64,000 nucleotides of DNA from Nageia nagi (Eukaryota > Plantae > Pinophyta), in NCBI GenBank assembly GCA_050084985.1, contig JBITNC010000001.1, positions 141,608,001 through 141,672,000 of the forward strand, in the 5' to 3' direction. The position numbers were made by a program, and so were the translations under genes. The notes beneath the pieces are model-generated. The model had not been told where the DNA came from. It saw nothing but the letters and a program-made list of their open reading frames with translations, and did not search any database. Positions 1 to 12,064 of the stretch are shown here, piece by piece; within the stretch, counting starts at the first letter, position 1, and each line of letters starts with the position of its first letter.

Positions 1-309
1 AGCCAAACAACTGGTTTTAATTACTTTATTTTATTAAAAGTGTTGTCTCTTCATTTCTTTACGTCATTTTTTTTTCTTTTAGAGAATATAAAGTGAGTAG
101 TATAGGTCACCCATGGCTTAGAGAATGTATTCAATTCCTGTTTCAAGGTTTTGGTATTGTATGAGTGTGTTATTAATAATCTAAGACAAGTTTATGGTGT
201 TGCCTGTGAGCATTCTTTGATGAATGCATCCTACCTTTGAGTTGCAAAATAATTTTTAGCTATGAATCATTTATATTATTCAATTTATTATTTGTATTAA
301 TTAACTTCA
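1..309 (+). repeat. 5' LTR (3' part) of copia element
   Basis: Aligns with ~4772-5081 (e.g. CTGGTTTTRATTACTTTATTTTRTTAAAAGTGTT); ends ...TTAACTTCA. Confidence 0.92.
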
Positions 310-375
310 TCTATTATTAGAGCTTTGTTGGATCAGATTGGGTTTAAGAAGTTATCTAGGAAGAGATGAGAAGAT

Positions 376-3300
376 ATGGAAAGTAACTCAAATGCAATCC
401 CCATTCCAAAATTTTATGGGAGTGACTATGAGTACTGGAGTATCCAGATGAAGACTCTCTTAAAGGGAAGAGGCTATTGGGATATTATAGATATTGGTTA
501 CAATGATCTAACTGATTAGAGTTCCTTGAGTGTAGATGCAAAGGATAAAGAGAAGCATAATTCCATGGCTCTCTCCTTCATCCAAGAAGATTTAGATAAG
601 AGTATTTTTCCTAGAATTATATCTTGTATCTTACTCCAAGAAGTATGTGCAATATTGAGAGAAGGCTACTAAGGGAGCCTTGAGGTGAAAAAGGTAAAAA
701 TCCAAATATTGAGAAGGTAGTTTGAGAATTTGAAGTAGGAAGAGATGGAGATAGCTAGAGATTACTATGTAAGAGTGAAATCCATAGTCAATAAAATGGC
801 CACTCTTAGAGAGAAGATAGAGAAGGAGGTAGTCATAAAGAAGGTTTTGAGAACCTTAACTATGAGATATGATCATGTTGCACTCATTATTGAAGAAATA
901 AAGCACCTCTTAACCATGAAAATTGATAATTTAATTGGCTCTCTTACATCACATGAAGAGAGAGTTTTGAAGAGAACAAAAATAATATCAAGCAATAGTG
1001 ATGAACAAGAATTCTCCATCAAAGAGAATGAAGGACAAGGTAGAGGTTCAAAGGGAAGAGACATATTTGGAAGAGGAGGAAGAAGAAGCTCTTTTGAAAG
1101 AGGAAGAGGAAGAGAACAAAGTACAAAAAATGGACTAGCATATGCATCAAGGGGGAGACACTCCGAAAGAGGAGGTAGAGGTAAAGATAAGAGAAATTTG
1201 TAATGTTTTTATTTTAAAATAAATTTGGCCATCTTGAGTATGAATGTAGGATGAAACAAGCACATGAAGGTAAATCAGCCCACTATGGAGAAGAAAAGCA
1301 TGGATATGGTGAAGAATAGTCATTTATTTCAATTACAGCCCTCCAAAAGCTTGAACATGAAACTTGGCTCTTGGATAGTGGGTGCTCAAACCACATGATC
1401 GATGAGAAGTCCCTAATCTCTTCAATTGACTACTTCTACAAGTCAAGTGTAAGATTGGGAGATGAGAAGAGCTTGAAGATTGTTGGCAAAGGAGAGAGGC
1501 AAGTTCCAACAAAGAAGGGAACTATGAAGTAAATGATATTTATTATACTCTATATTTGAGATAAAGTTTATTGAGCATTGTCCAAATGCTGTAAAAGAAT
1601 TACAAATTGATTTTTGAGGATAACATGTGCAAAACCTATAATAAAGCCCATGATGGAAGGTTTGTTACTACTATTCATATGACTACAAATAAACTCTGTC
1701 TAGTAAAGTTTCTTGATAAGGATGGAGGATTTGTATTTGTGAGAATTAAAGATAAAAATGCACTTTGGCATTTGAGGCTTGGAAACTTGAATTTATAGAG
1801 TTTGAAAACTCTTCCAGCAATTGTGAAAGGTCTTCCACAAGTAGAATATTGTAAATATGTGTATGAAGGATGTGCACTTAGAAATAAATAAGGGAGAAAG
1901 TTTCTAAATGAAGAAGCATGGAGAGCCAAACACCCTCTCCAATTGGTCCATATCAAAATTTGTGGTCCTATGCAAACTCAAAGTTTTGGTAAATTTTATT
2001 ATTTTATCACTTTTATTGATGATTTAAGTAGAATATGTTGGACTTATTTCATCAAGAGAAAGGTTGAAGCATTTGGTAAGGAATTTAAAACTTTTTTTAA
2101 GAAGCAAAGTGGGTATAGTGTGAGGTGTTTGAGAAGTAATAGAAGAGGAGAATACTATACCAATGAATTTTTAATTTTTGTAAAGAGAATGGAAATAGAA
2201 GACACATGACCTCTCCCTACACAACACAACAAAATGGTGTATTGGAAAGGAAAAAATGGAAAGTGGTTGAGATGGCTAGAAGCATGATGTAAATAAAGAA
2301 ATTATCCAATACTTATTGCGTTTAAGAAGTAATAAAAACTATGTACATTTTTAATAGGTATCCTACAAGAAGCTTGAATAAAATTACCCCCTATTAAGCT
2401 TGGTTTTATAGAAAATAAAATTTGGAACACTTGAGAGTGTTTGATTGTCTTGCATATGTGCATGTAAATGATGAAAAGAGGAGGAAGTTGGATGCAAAAT
2501 CTGAAGCTTGTATGTTTATAGGATATTGTGAGCATTTAAAGGCTTATAAATTCTATAATACTAAGACTCACAAGTCAATTGTGTCTAGAGATGCCATTTT
2601 TGATGAAGGGGAAGAACATAGTAATAAAAATTACAGCAGAAAGTGTATGAAGATGAAAGTTTGGAGGAGAAAAATTGGAGAAGAAAACATCAAAAAAAGA
2701 GAAACCCCACTATGTTGGTTGTAAAAATTAGAAAAATAAAGGACAACCATTAAGTTTGTGTGTTCCAATCTCACCAAAGTCCTCTAGCTCCACTATAACA
2801 CCAATAAGTGGAAGTGTACCAAGCTCACCCAATGCAAAGATGATGAATCAAGGTAACAAAGGTAAGATATGGTTGAAGGATCACCATAAAGTCAAATAAT
2901 AGATGCTAATAGTATGAGAAGAATTACAAGGAGCTAAAATCAAGAAATGCAAAGTCTAATTGTAAGACTAGTGAACATCCAATTCTATGAAGATGAAAAT
3001 AGTGGAGAGTCCAAAGGAGAAATGGTAAATTATGCATTTTATTCCTCTATTTCCAATTTTGTTTTAAATGCTACTATTGTTGAGCCTTCTTGTTATGAAT
3101 AAGCTTATTCTAATGGTGTTTGGATGTAAGCTATGAGAAAGGAGATTGATGCTATTAAGAGGAATGATACTTGGGAACTTTATGAGTTGCTTAACGATAA
3201 AAAGGTTTTTGGTTATAAGTGGGTGTATAAACAAAATGCAAGAGTGATATGAGCCTTTAAAGGTATAAGGAAATCCTAGAAGTAAAAGGATTCACATAGC

Positions 3301-4605
3301 AAGATGGTGTGGATTTTGAGGAGATATTTGTATCAGTTGCAAGATAGGAAACTATAATATTAGTGCTCTCTTTGCTTGTAAGAAAAATTTGGATAATCCA
3401 ACAAATGTATGTAAAGAGTTCCTTTCTCAATGGGTACATCTATGAAGAGGTGTATGTAGTACAACCTCAAGGCTTTGATATTCAAGGAAGAGAATACCAT
3501 GTGTACAAGCTCAAGAAGGCATTATATGGGATGAAGCAAGCTCCAAGAGCTTGATATACTAGAATTGATGGATACTTCAAAAGTGTGGGCTTTCAAAGAA
3601 GTCAAAGTGAGCCTACCTTGTATTTTAAAAAAAATGGTTCTAATATTTTGATTTTTTGTTTATTTTTAGATGATTTGATCTTTATAGGAAATAATAGTAA
3701 GATGAATGAAGATTTCAAAACTCAAATGATAGTTGAGTTTGAAATGAAAGATCTTGGTTTGATGAGCTACTTCCTTGGCTTGGAAGTGTATCAAATAAAA
3801 GAATAAATCTTTATGTCAAAATCCAAATATGTACATGATATGTTGAATAAGTTTAGAATGGATAATTTAACATCTATTGCAACACCTACAACCCATGGAG
3901 AACACCTTTACAAAGAAGATGGAGAACCAAAAATGAATAAGAAAGAGTATAGATGTAGTGTTGGAAGCCTAATATTTTTAACAAATACAAGGACAAATTT
4001 ACAATTTAATGTTTCATTTATTGCAAGGTATATGAATGATCCATCAATTATCAATCTCAAGGAAACAAAGAGAATCCTTAGATATGTGAAGGGAACAATC
4101 AATTTTGGAATACATTAGACATGTAATTCCAAGTTCAAACTTACAAGTTTTAGTGAGAGTGATTGGGGCAATGATTTGGATGATAGAAAGAGCAAAAGTG
4201 AGAATTTATTCTCTCTTTAGATCAGATCTAGTATCATGGAGCTCCAAAAACTAATCCATTGTTTCTCTTTCAACTACTGAAGCTGAGTATGTAAGTGTAA
4301 CAAATGCTTCAACACAAGCTCTATGGTTGAGGAAGGTGTTGAAGGAGATTGGAGAGGAGAAAAAAAAATTAAATTACCATTTTTTGTGATAAAAAAGGTG
4401 TCATAAAGTTGGCACAAAACCTTATCCATCATTCTAGAATAAAACTTTTTATTTGAAGACTCATTTCATCTAAGATTTGATGGATAAGGGGATAGTAAAA
4501 TTGAGGTACTATCCAACACAAGATTAAGTGGCTGATATATTCACTAAATCTATGGAAAAAGCTCAAATTTTGTTGCTAAGAGACTTAATTATTGGTCCTC
4601 TTATT
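376..4605 (+). pseudogene. copia gag-pol polyprotein remnant (many stops and frameshifts)
   Basis: gag MESNSNAIPIPKFYGSDYEYWSIQMK and KVLRTLTMRYDHV...LIGSLTSHEER; protease WLLDSGCSNHM (~1365); WHLRLGNLN; integrase ICGPMQTQS...YFITFIDD and HLRVFDCLAYVHV; RT VYKLKKALYGMKQAPRA and LFLDDLIF; RNase H STTEAEY and ADIFTK. Confidence 0.95.
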
Positions 4606-4619
4606 AGCAATGTGGAGTA

Positions 4620-5081
4620 TGAAGACTTTGAAGATGTTAAAGTAACTTAAAACTTGTAAATTCCCTAAAATTTGTGCTTACTATTTTAGTTAAATTCTAC
4701 TCTCTATCTAAGAAATGGTGTCCTACAAAATAGTTAATTTAGTGTGTACCTGACCAATCAGTTATTCCTTCAGCCAACTGGTTTTGATTACTTTATTTTG
4801 TTAAAAGTGTTATCTCTTCATTTCTTTCCCTCACTTTTTTTCTTTTAAAGAATATGAAGTGAATAGTCTAGGTCGCTCATGGCCTAAAGAATGTATCTAG
4901 TTCCCATTTCAAGGTTTTAGTATTGTTGGAGTGTGTTATCAATAATCTAAAGTAAGTTTATGATGTTATGTAAAACTATGAGAATCCACTTATGAATTCA
5001 TTATACCTTTGAGTTGCATAATCATTTTCATCTATGAATCACTTGTATGATTCAATTTATTATTTGTATTAATTAATTTCA
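4620..5081 (+). repeat. 3' LTR of copia element (~460 bp, TG...CA)
   Basis: Starts TGAAGAC just after the PPT; ends ...TTAATTTCA; matches 1-309. Confidence 0.92.
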
Positions 5082-5086
5082 CTTCA

Positions 5087-5720
5087 TAAGATACTTAGGG
5101 TTGGATAATATTGAATTTCTTATCATTCTTTATAAGATATGACTTCTTAGGATTATGTTTGGTTGTATTAACATATTTTAATTGACTTGCTCCAATCATT
5201 GCTAGTTGTTTTTAAATCAATTTATAAGCCATATCCATTAAAGGATCATACATATAATCTAAGTACTACAACTTTTAAAGAAGGCATTATGTTTGCTATA
5301 AATACTTGGGAAATCATATACTTAGGAGTTGATCCTTCTAAATTTCTCCATACCTTTTGAAATCTTGAGATGAACTTTTCTAAATACTCATTAGGCCCTT
5401 GTTTACATATGATTAGATTCATTAATTGTAGTGGCATTTAAATATTATACTTAGAATGGATCTTGAATAATTATTCCATTTATTGATATAATGTTATATA
5501 AATAGACTCTAATATCTAAAACCATTTATGAGCTTCATTAGTCAAGCTTATAGGAAAGTAATTTACCTTTGTATGATCATTAATATCATACCTCAGTTCC
5601 ATAGTATATTCAATTCTCTAAATATGAGGGTTAGGGTATTCTTTACTATTAAACCTTTTTAACTTAGGCTCCTTATCAATTCTTGGGAGAATGATATTAC
5701 GAATTTCAACAAATGAAGGA
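5087..5720 (-). mobile_element. Ty3/gypsy gag (retrotrans_gag-like) remnant
   Basis: ORF 5246..5437 NLIICKQGPNEYLEKFISRFQKVW resembles the gag QxxxE motif and the gag of the element at 18.5-19.3 kb. Confidence 0.65.
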
Positions 5721-8700
5721 TTCGCTCTACCTTAATTTATAGGAACAACACTATGCACCCTCTATGTTACGATAGTAATATATGCTTGCATACTCTTTAT
5801 CATTTCAAAATATTATAACTTTACCGGATTGATATGAGATTATGTGAGATGAACATTTGTGCTATCCCTAGTGTTAATGTTTGGATACATGTATATCACA
5901 CTTAAAGAAAATACATATAAAATACCTCTAAATACCTTCGATATTTTAGTTAAAAATAACTTAATAATATACAAAATGTACTATATATGATATTTAAAAA
6001 TCACCAATATGTCTAAATAATAATAATTTATGAGTGAGGTAAAATTTTTAAATATAAAAACTCATTAGATTTAATAGAATGACCTTCAAAATTTAGATTT
6101 TTTTATAAAAATATATTTTTCTTAGTCAAAAAAATTAAGAAAATGTATATATTAACCTCAATTTACCTTTTGAAATTTGTCTACCATTAATATATAAGGT
6201 TTGGGAAAGCTCTTAGGGCATAAGTAGCTGTAATATTTCCAAAAGTTAGTCTTAAAATCTAGAGGGTTTTAATCAAAACTATTTTTCTAATTATTTTATA
6301 TAAATATTATTTTCTAATTTTAAATAAATATTATTTTCTAATTTTGTAAAAATTAAGATAAATAAAGATCAAGCAAAACCTAGGGTTTCTAATGAAAAAC
6401 TACATAGAAATTGCAATGCTCTGACTATGCTTGTCAAAATATTCTTCAAAGTTCATAATTGTTCTATATTTCTCACTTTATCAAATTATTATATCCAATT
6501 ATCTATATTTTCTTTGATATTAGCTAATTCAATATCATTATAATCATCATTGTTATTGTTCTCTTCTTCACTAGTTTCCTCTATTTTTGAATTTTCACTT
6601 TCATTTTAATAATTAAATGGAACATGATAATATGTACATGCTTGAAATTCCTTTTCTTGGTGCATTAATGCATGGAAATGCCTTGCTACATGGGATCTAA
6701 TCCACTTTCAAGGGGCTACCATACTCAAATTTATCATTTGTTTTTTTCTCCTATAGTTGTGTTAGATTAAAATCTTTGAAAATAACATTAGTACAATATA
6801 AGATACATAAAAACAAATTACAAATGTAACACATAATACACAACCAAATATCATAAATGTAGCATATAATACAAACATGATACGATGATGCAACTTATGA
6901 TATGCAACATAACATAATAATCATAGTACATCTTAGTTTTAATTATCTATTAAAGTAATCTTTTATATTCATGATTTTCAGCAATGCACAAATGCAAGAT
7001 CTAAGAGTTCAAAATAAAAATAAAAATTGTAAAATTCATCAAAATATAAAATTTCAAACTTTACAAAATCACAAAAATTTTCCAATTATATTTATCTATC
7101 TTTTGGAAAAAACTTTCTAATGTAAGATTTCCTCCAATTAAACAAAATAACCTTCAAAATATAGGGTTTTTGTAAAACATATTTTTGTAAAAAATAGAAA
7201 TTCCTTAATTTTTTAATAATTCTCAAATATTATAATTTTCTAATTTCAAAGAAAATTAATGCAACCAAAGAGCCAACATAAACCTAGGATTTTCAATGAA
7301 AACTCTATATAAAATACAATGCTCAACAAACCTATGATTTTAAAAAATGTTAGAGTTCATCAATTTGTTAATACTAAAAGAATGATTTAACTCAATTAAT
7401 AATATTCCTTATAATATCAAATAAAAATCCAAAAGTATACATACATGCCATTCATACTTGAATTGTAGGAATAAAGATATATTTTAATGCAAAATCAAAA
7501 TTGATTATCCATATCTAAACTTGCAACAAGCCTTAATCTAATAATAAGAGTACAAGGATAAAGGTAGGGCTAATAATAGGGCACAAAGATCATGATTTGA
7601 TAAGTGGTACCTAAAGATACTAATTAATGTAGTTTGCAGTGTGACTTATCAAGATCAAAATCATGATAATTGTATTGAGAAATCCTCTTTTTATAGGCAA
7701 GTTTCCTTCATCTCGCTTAACACTCCTTAAATCTTGTGCTAAAAAGAAAGGAAATAGTGAGATAACCAAAAGAAGTTGGTTTAATAATCTATAATACCCT
7801 TCAAATATATTAGTAAAGCACATTGATCATTTATTTCAATTAGATACTTAATTTAATATATTTTTTGAACAAATAAAAAATAAATTTGGATGTTAACAAA
7901 GATATTGCTTCTAGTTTTCATACTCATCCTCCGTTATGCCAAAATGAATCTCAATTTATCAATAAACCACTCAAATTTTTACGTATCTACATGCAATCAT
8001 TTACTCATCTTATCAACTTCCAACAAACCTACATAGTACCAAGCTTAGAAGTTCTAGTCAATTGCATAGTAACCAAATTGATCTTTTTACAATAAGGAGA
8101 TAATTATTTATTGTGGGTAAGTTCTCATGTAGTCATAGTTATTTTTTGAGCTTTTACAAATCATGCGAGACTATTCTTATTAAATCCATCAAATCCTATG
8201 TTCAAGGTACAACCATAAGAGAAAACTTTAAAGTTGGTGGTAGGTATATCCCCATTTATGGTGTTGTTTACAAAGATTTTGGTTTGTCTCTTTGAAGTTA
8301 TTATGGTGTTCTTCACTGATTATATAGTCCCCAAGTTTTTGACAACCCCACTCACCTCGTATGGTGTTTAGGTTACCTCAATGATTTCTCAACATATTTT
8401 GCTTACAATTTTTGTATTATACCACCAACAATATAACCCCTTGATTGTAAAATATATTTACGATTTTAATCCAAAAAAATTATTTACCAAAAAATAGAAA
8501 CAAAACAAGCCTAGAGGGCTTGATGTCTTGTGGAGAGGTCCAATTTGAGTGTGAAGGCCTAGGTTCAAGTATTGAGGGCTCATGTAATCAGGGACGTGTT
8601 GTACTAGTACTATTGAATACATAAATAATTAACTTGTGCATTGAAGGTTATATTAGTAGTGAGAAGCATGATTCAAACCCATGAAGAGGTATCTAAAATT

Positions 8701-9442
8701 GTAATGAACTATTGATTATCCTAATCGTAAAAAGCATAAATATAAATCAAAACATAAATTCATTAAAAAATTAAATATTTTAATTTATATAAATAAAATT
8801 ATAATAGAAAAACCATATCCTTAATAATTTTATTTCCCATACTAAATAACATATATATAATAAAAAGTAAAAGAAAATAAAATCATGTGAGGGGATATGA
8901 GAGCCAAGTGGATATTTGAATCTCTCAAATGGATAAAAGGATGTCCCATCTCTCTTCACATGTTGTGGATATGCTAAATCTAATCCATTGTTTTTAACTA
9001 GTGTGAATGTGATCTAATGCAACTCCCAACTAACTTTGACGAAAAAGAACCCCATAAACAGAAATTTTAATTCAAAAATATAAATCTGAAATGATGAACT
9101 AAAACAAAATTTAAATGAAATATGTAATTGATATGAATTTTATATGATGAAACTGAAAGGATGGACTTCAAAAAAAAAGGAAAAGAAACCTTTAAAAATG
9201 TAATTGAAATGAATTTGATATAATGAAACAAATTAATATTTCCTTTTTTTAAAAATAAAATTACAGATGAATTGAATATAATGTAATTGAATCGAAGTGC
9301 ATGTCACACAAGTTGCATATGCTTGTACCCAGAATCTCGAATTGCAAACAAGTTCCGAATATTAGAGGAGGGAAAGGTGTCCGACTGCGGGCTCAAAACA
9401 AGAATCTGTGCTAAAAACAATAAAAAACAAGAATTGTGCAAT

Positions 9443-10006
9443 ATGGTTCCCATTCGACAGGCAACCCCAGCGGATTTACCTGGAATCAAGACATGCTCTT
9501 GGATGTGCCTCGGCGAGACTTACAGACCAACACTTTATGCCCAACACCTTCTTTCGTGGCCTCAGCTTGCATATGTGGCCGAGGATCGCAGCAACAAAAT
9601 AGTTGGTTACTTGCTTGGGATGATGGACAACGAGAAGGAGGAAGAGGAAGAAGAATATGGAAATTACAGACGATATTTTTGGGATACATATCATGGGAAG
9701 ATTAATTCTCTGGCGGTTGTGCGCCCTTACAGAAAGATGGGCATTGCAACAAAGCTCATGGAGGCAGCTCACAACGCCATTTCTAACGTTTATGGAGAGG
9801 GGTATGGTTTTGTTCGCGTCAGTGCCATCAACCGGGCAGCCACAATTCTCTTTCATAAGATGGATTACATATTTTACCATGTTGGTAGTGTTTCTTTACA
9901 AGACCTGAACATATCGATGTCTTTGAAATCCAATCAACTTTTGTGGCAAATCGTATATCTTTTATTCTGGTATTCAGTTCTGGAAGTTGTTCAATTTATC
10001 TGTTAG
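9443..10006 (+). CDS. NAA10: NAA10/ARD1-like GNAT N-terminal acetyltransferase paralogue, copy 1 (187 aa from ATG 9443; native C-terminus deleted and replaced, possibly a pseudogene)
   Basis: MVPIRQAT..DL...C..MCLGETY...Y..HLLSWPQLAYVAED..NKIVGYLL, HGKINSLAVVRPYRKMGIATKLM and NRAA are collinear with plant NAA10 (MVCIRRAT, HILSWPQLLYVAED, HGHITSLAVLRTHRKLGLATKLM). Acetyl-CoA motif RxxGxA is intact. The symbol denotes family, not orthology. Confidence 0.85.
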   Translation: MVPIRQATPADLPGIKTCSWMCLGETYRPTLYAQHLLSWPQLAYVAEDRSNKIVGYLLGMMDNEKEEEEEEYGNYRRYFWDTYHGKINSLAVVRPYRKMGIATKLMEAAHNAISNVYGEGYGFVRVSAINRAATILFHKMDYIFYHVGSVSLQDLNISMSLKSNQLLWQIVYLLFWYSVLEVVQFIC

Positions 10007-10477
10007 AAGAAAAAAAAGAGGATAGCGTGCAGTTGTATTCAACGGTGGTTCGATACTGTCATAGTAACGTAAAGATGGTATTTCTTTTAAAGACAGCCCG
10101 TGGAAAATTATGTGCACATTTCGAGTAGCCTGTATAAGAGTACTATGTTGCTTGGGTCTCCGTGAAGAAATGGATAAACAAATCATGTCAATTCTGAAGC
10201 ATTTTACTTTTCAATCCCTACTGTTTCAATTTAAAAGAAAATTCAATTGCTGTTTTATTCCACTGTATTTAAATGCTTCAGATATAGAATAAACATACAT
10301 GAAGAAAGATGAACGTTGTTATGATTCCGTTGCTTTATAAACTAGCGAGAAACTGATGTCTCTTACTCTGAAAATGGTCATTAGTATGTAGTGGTGCGTT
10401 TAAGTTAAATATTATATTTATTGTGGTGACTAAGAAGATTTTCAGTTGGGTTTTTATTTTATAAAACATATAATCAT

Positions 10478-10614
10478 TTATATATCAAAAAATGTTAGAG
10501 ATATCATTTCAAGAAATGAGATAGGCACCTCGAGAATGATATATCAATGTTTTTTGATATATAAGGGGTTATATCAAAGCCAGTGGCATCCTTGGCCGTG
10601 TGATATATAAGAGG
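10478..10614. repeat. Double hairpin built from alternating TTATATATCA / TGATATATAA motifs
   Basis: 10478-10510 TTATATATCAAAAAATGTTAGAGATATCATTTC pairs imperfectly with 10532-10564 GAGAATGATATATCAATGTTTTTTGATATATAA; a smaller second hairpin spans 10569-10610. Confidence 0.7.
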
Positions 10615-10974
10615 TAATATTTTAAATATTCAAAAAACACACAAATTAAAAGTAAAGTCATCCATGAATGTTCACAACATTGCACTCCATTCAACCAATA
10701 GGGTTATATAATTATAATATTAATTATATCAAAACTAGTATACAAACCTAAAATCCTACAAAAATAGAAAATCGAAAAAATCAAACAAAACAAATTATAC
10801 AAACAAACTATTCTATTGATAGATACTATACAAATACTTTAAATAGAATCATAATCATATTTATCTAATCGATAAGTTGATATATATAAACCAACATAAT
10901 ATAATAAAGACACTGAAAACATGATTGACTATATCAAAATGAATGTCTAAACCCTATTCAAAAGTCTATCTTCA

Positions 10975-11300
10975 AAGAATTATATATCAACAATGAAATA
11001 TATGTATGTTTGACTATAATATATATAAATTGCAATGAATATATATGTTTAAGCGAAATAAATTACAAATGTATATATATGTTTACATCAAAATATATAT
11101 GTTGTAATGAATATATGATTATGGTCAAAATACATTACAAATTAATATGGGTTACATCAAAATACATTACAAATTAATTTGGATTACATCCAAATACATT
11201 TTTACAATGAAATATATTTTTACATTTCAAAACAATAAATATAGTAGCAAAACCAATATATTTTTAGAGTCAAATATATTACAAATCAATTTGGGTTGTG
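10975..11300. repeat. Degenerate AT-rich minisatellite, ~32-bp unit
   Basis: Best units CAAAATACATTACAAATTAATATGGGTTACAT and CAAAATACATTACAAATTAATTTGGATTACAT at ~11126-11190, with looser copies on both sides. Confidence 0.7.
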
Positions 11301-12064
11301 AGATCTTACATAGAAGAAAAAGATAAATTGTAGTAGAACTGATTCTCTCTTCTTCTCTTCCATCTTTGCTCTTTTTTCTTATCAGTTCACTCTTCCTAAT
11401 TCAATTAATGAATATGCAAAAATATTTAATATTGTTACTTGTATTTATACAATTATTTCTGAAAAGATGTGCTAATTTATATTTAAGTAAGCTTTGTAAT
11501 TTAAATTTTTATTTTCCCACCAATTGTTTAACTAACGGACTCATATGCGAAATTTTGATCTCAACGACATAATAATTAGAAAGCATTTAGAGAATATAAT
11601 GTTTTGTTTTCTTTCAAAAGTTTTTTCTTAATTATTATAATTTATAAGATAAAATAAATATAATATTTGTAAACAACCATTAGATGTTTAAGTAGGTATT
11701 TACTCAATGATTTGCAAGCATTTTTATAATTTTAGTATGAATTAGGTAGTATAGACATTTAACAAAGTTTTAAGATTTTAATATTTTCAAGTAATTGAAG
11801 ATTGAAAATAATCATTAAATTGACAAAAATCATAAGAAGAAGATATAACAATTTTTGCCATAACTTCTATGGTGATTAACATTAATAAGGAACTTCTAGA
11901 TCTATTATTTAAAGTATATATAAATATTTATGAAATCATTTTTATTGCAAGCTAACATATTTGATGAATTGTATGAGAGACCACCATCCATGGTGTTATA
12001 CTTACCTAATAGCTCCAAGGTAGAGTAAATGGAAATGATATTAACCACTAGCATCGGTATCCTA

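Larger units (their letters stand above)
1..5081 (+). mobile_element. Ty1/copia LTR retrotransposon, degenerate, 5' LTR truncated by window edge
   Basis: Direct repeats 1-309 and 4620-5081 flank gag-PR-IN-RT-RH remnants in copia order. Degenerate Met-tRNA PBS-like TATTATTAGAGC at ~312-323; polypurine-tract-like AGCAATGTGGAGTA at 4606-4619. Confidence 0.95.

Noticed and set aside
9287-9442. 52-aa N-terminal extension of copy 1 in the ORF track
   Set aside because: Begins at TTG, not ATG; NAA10 homology starts at ATG 9443; the aligned upstream region of copy 2 has indels. Treated as 5'UTR.
9304-9908. Overlapping alternative-frame and antisense ORFs over copy 1 (and 53268-53767 over copy 2)
   Set aside because: Expected shadows of a GC-richer coding region; no recognisable motifs.
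9443-10006. Calling the NAA10-like genes retrocopies
   Set aside because: The CDS is intronless, but no poly(A) or TSD is visible, upstream and downstream flanks are co-duplicated, and the parent gene's intron structure is unknown. DNA-level tandem duplication explains the pair.
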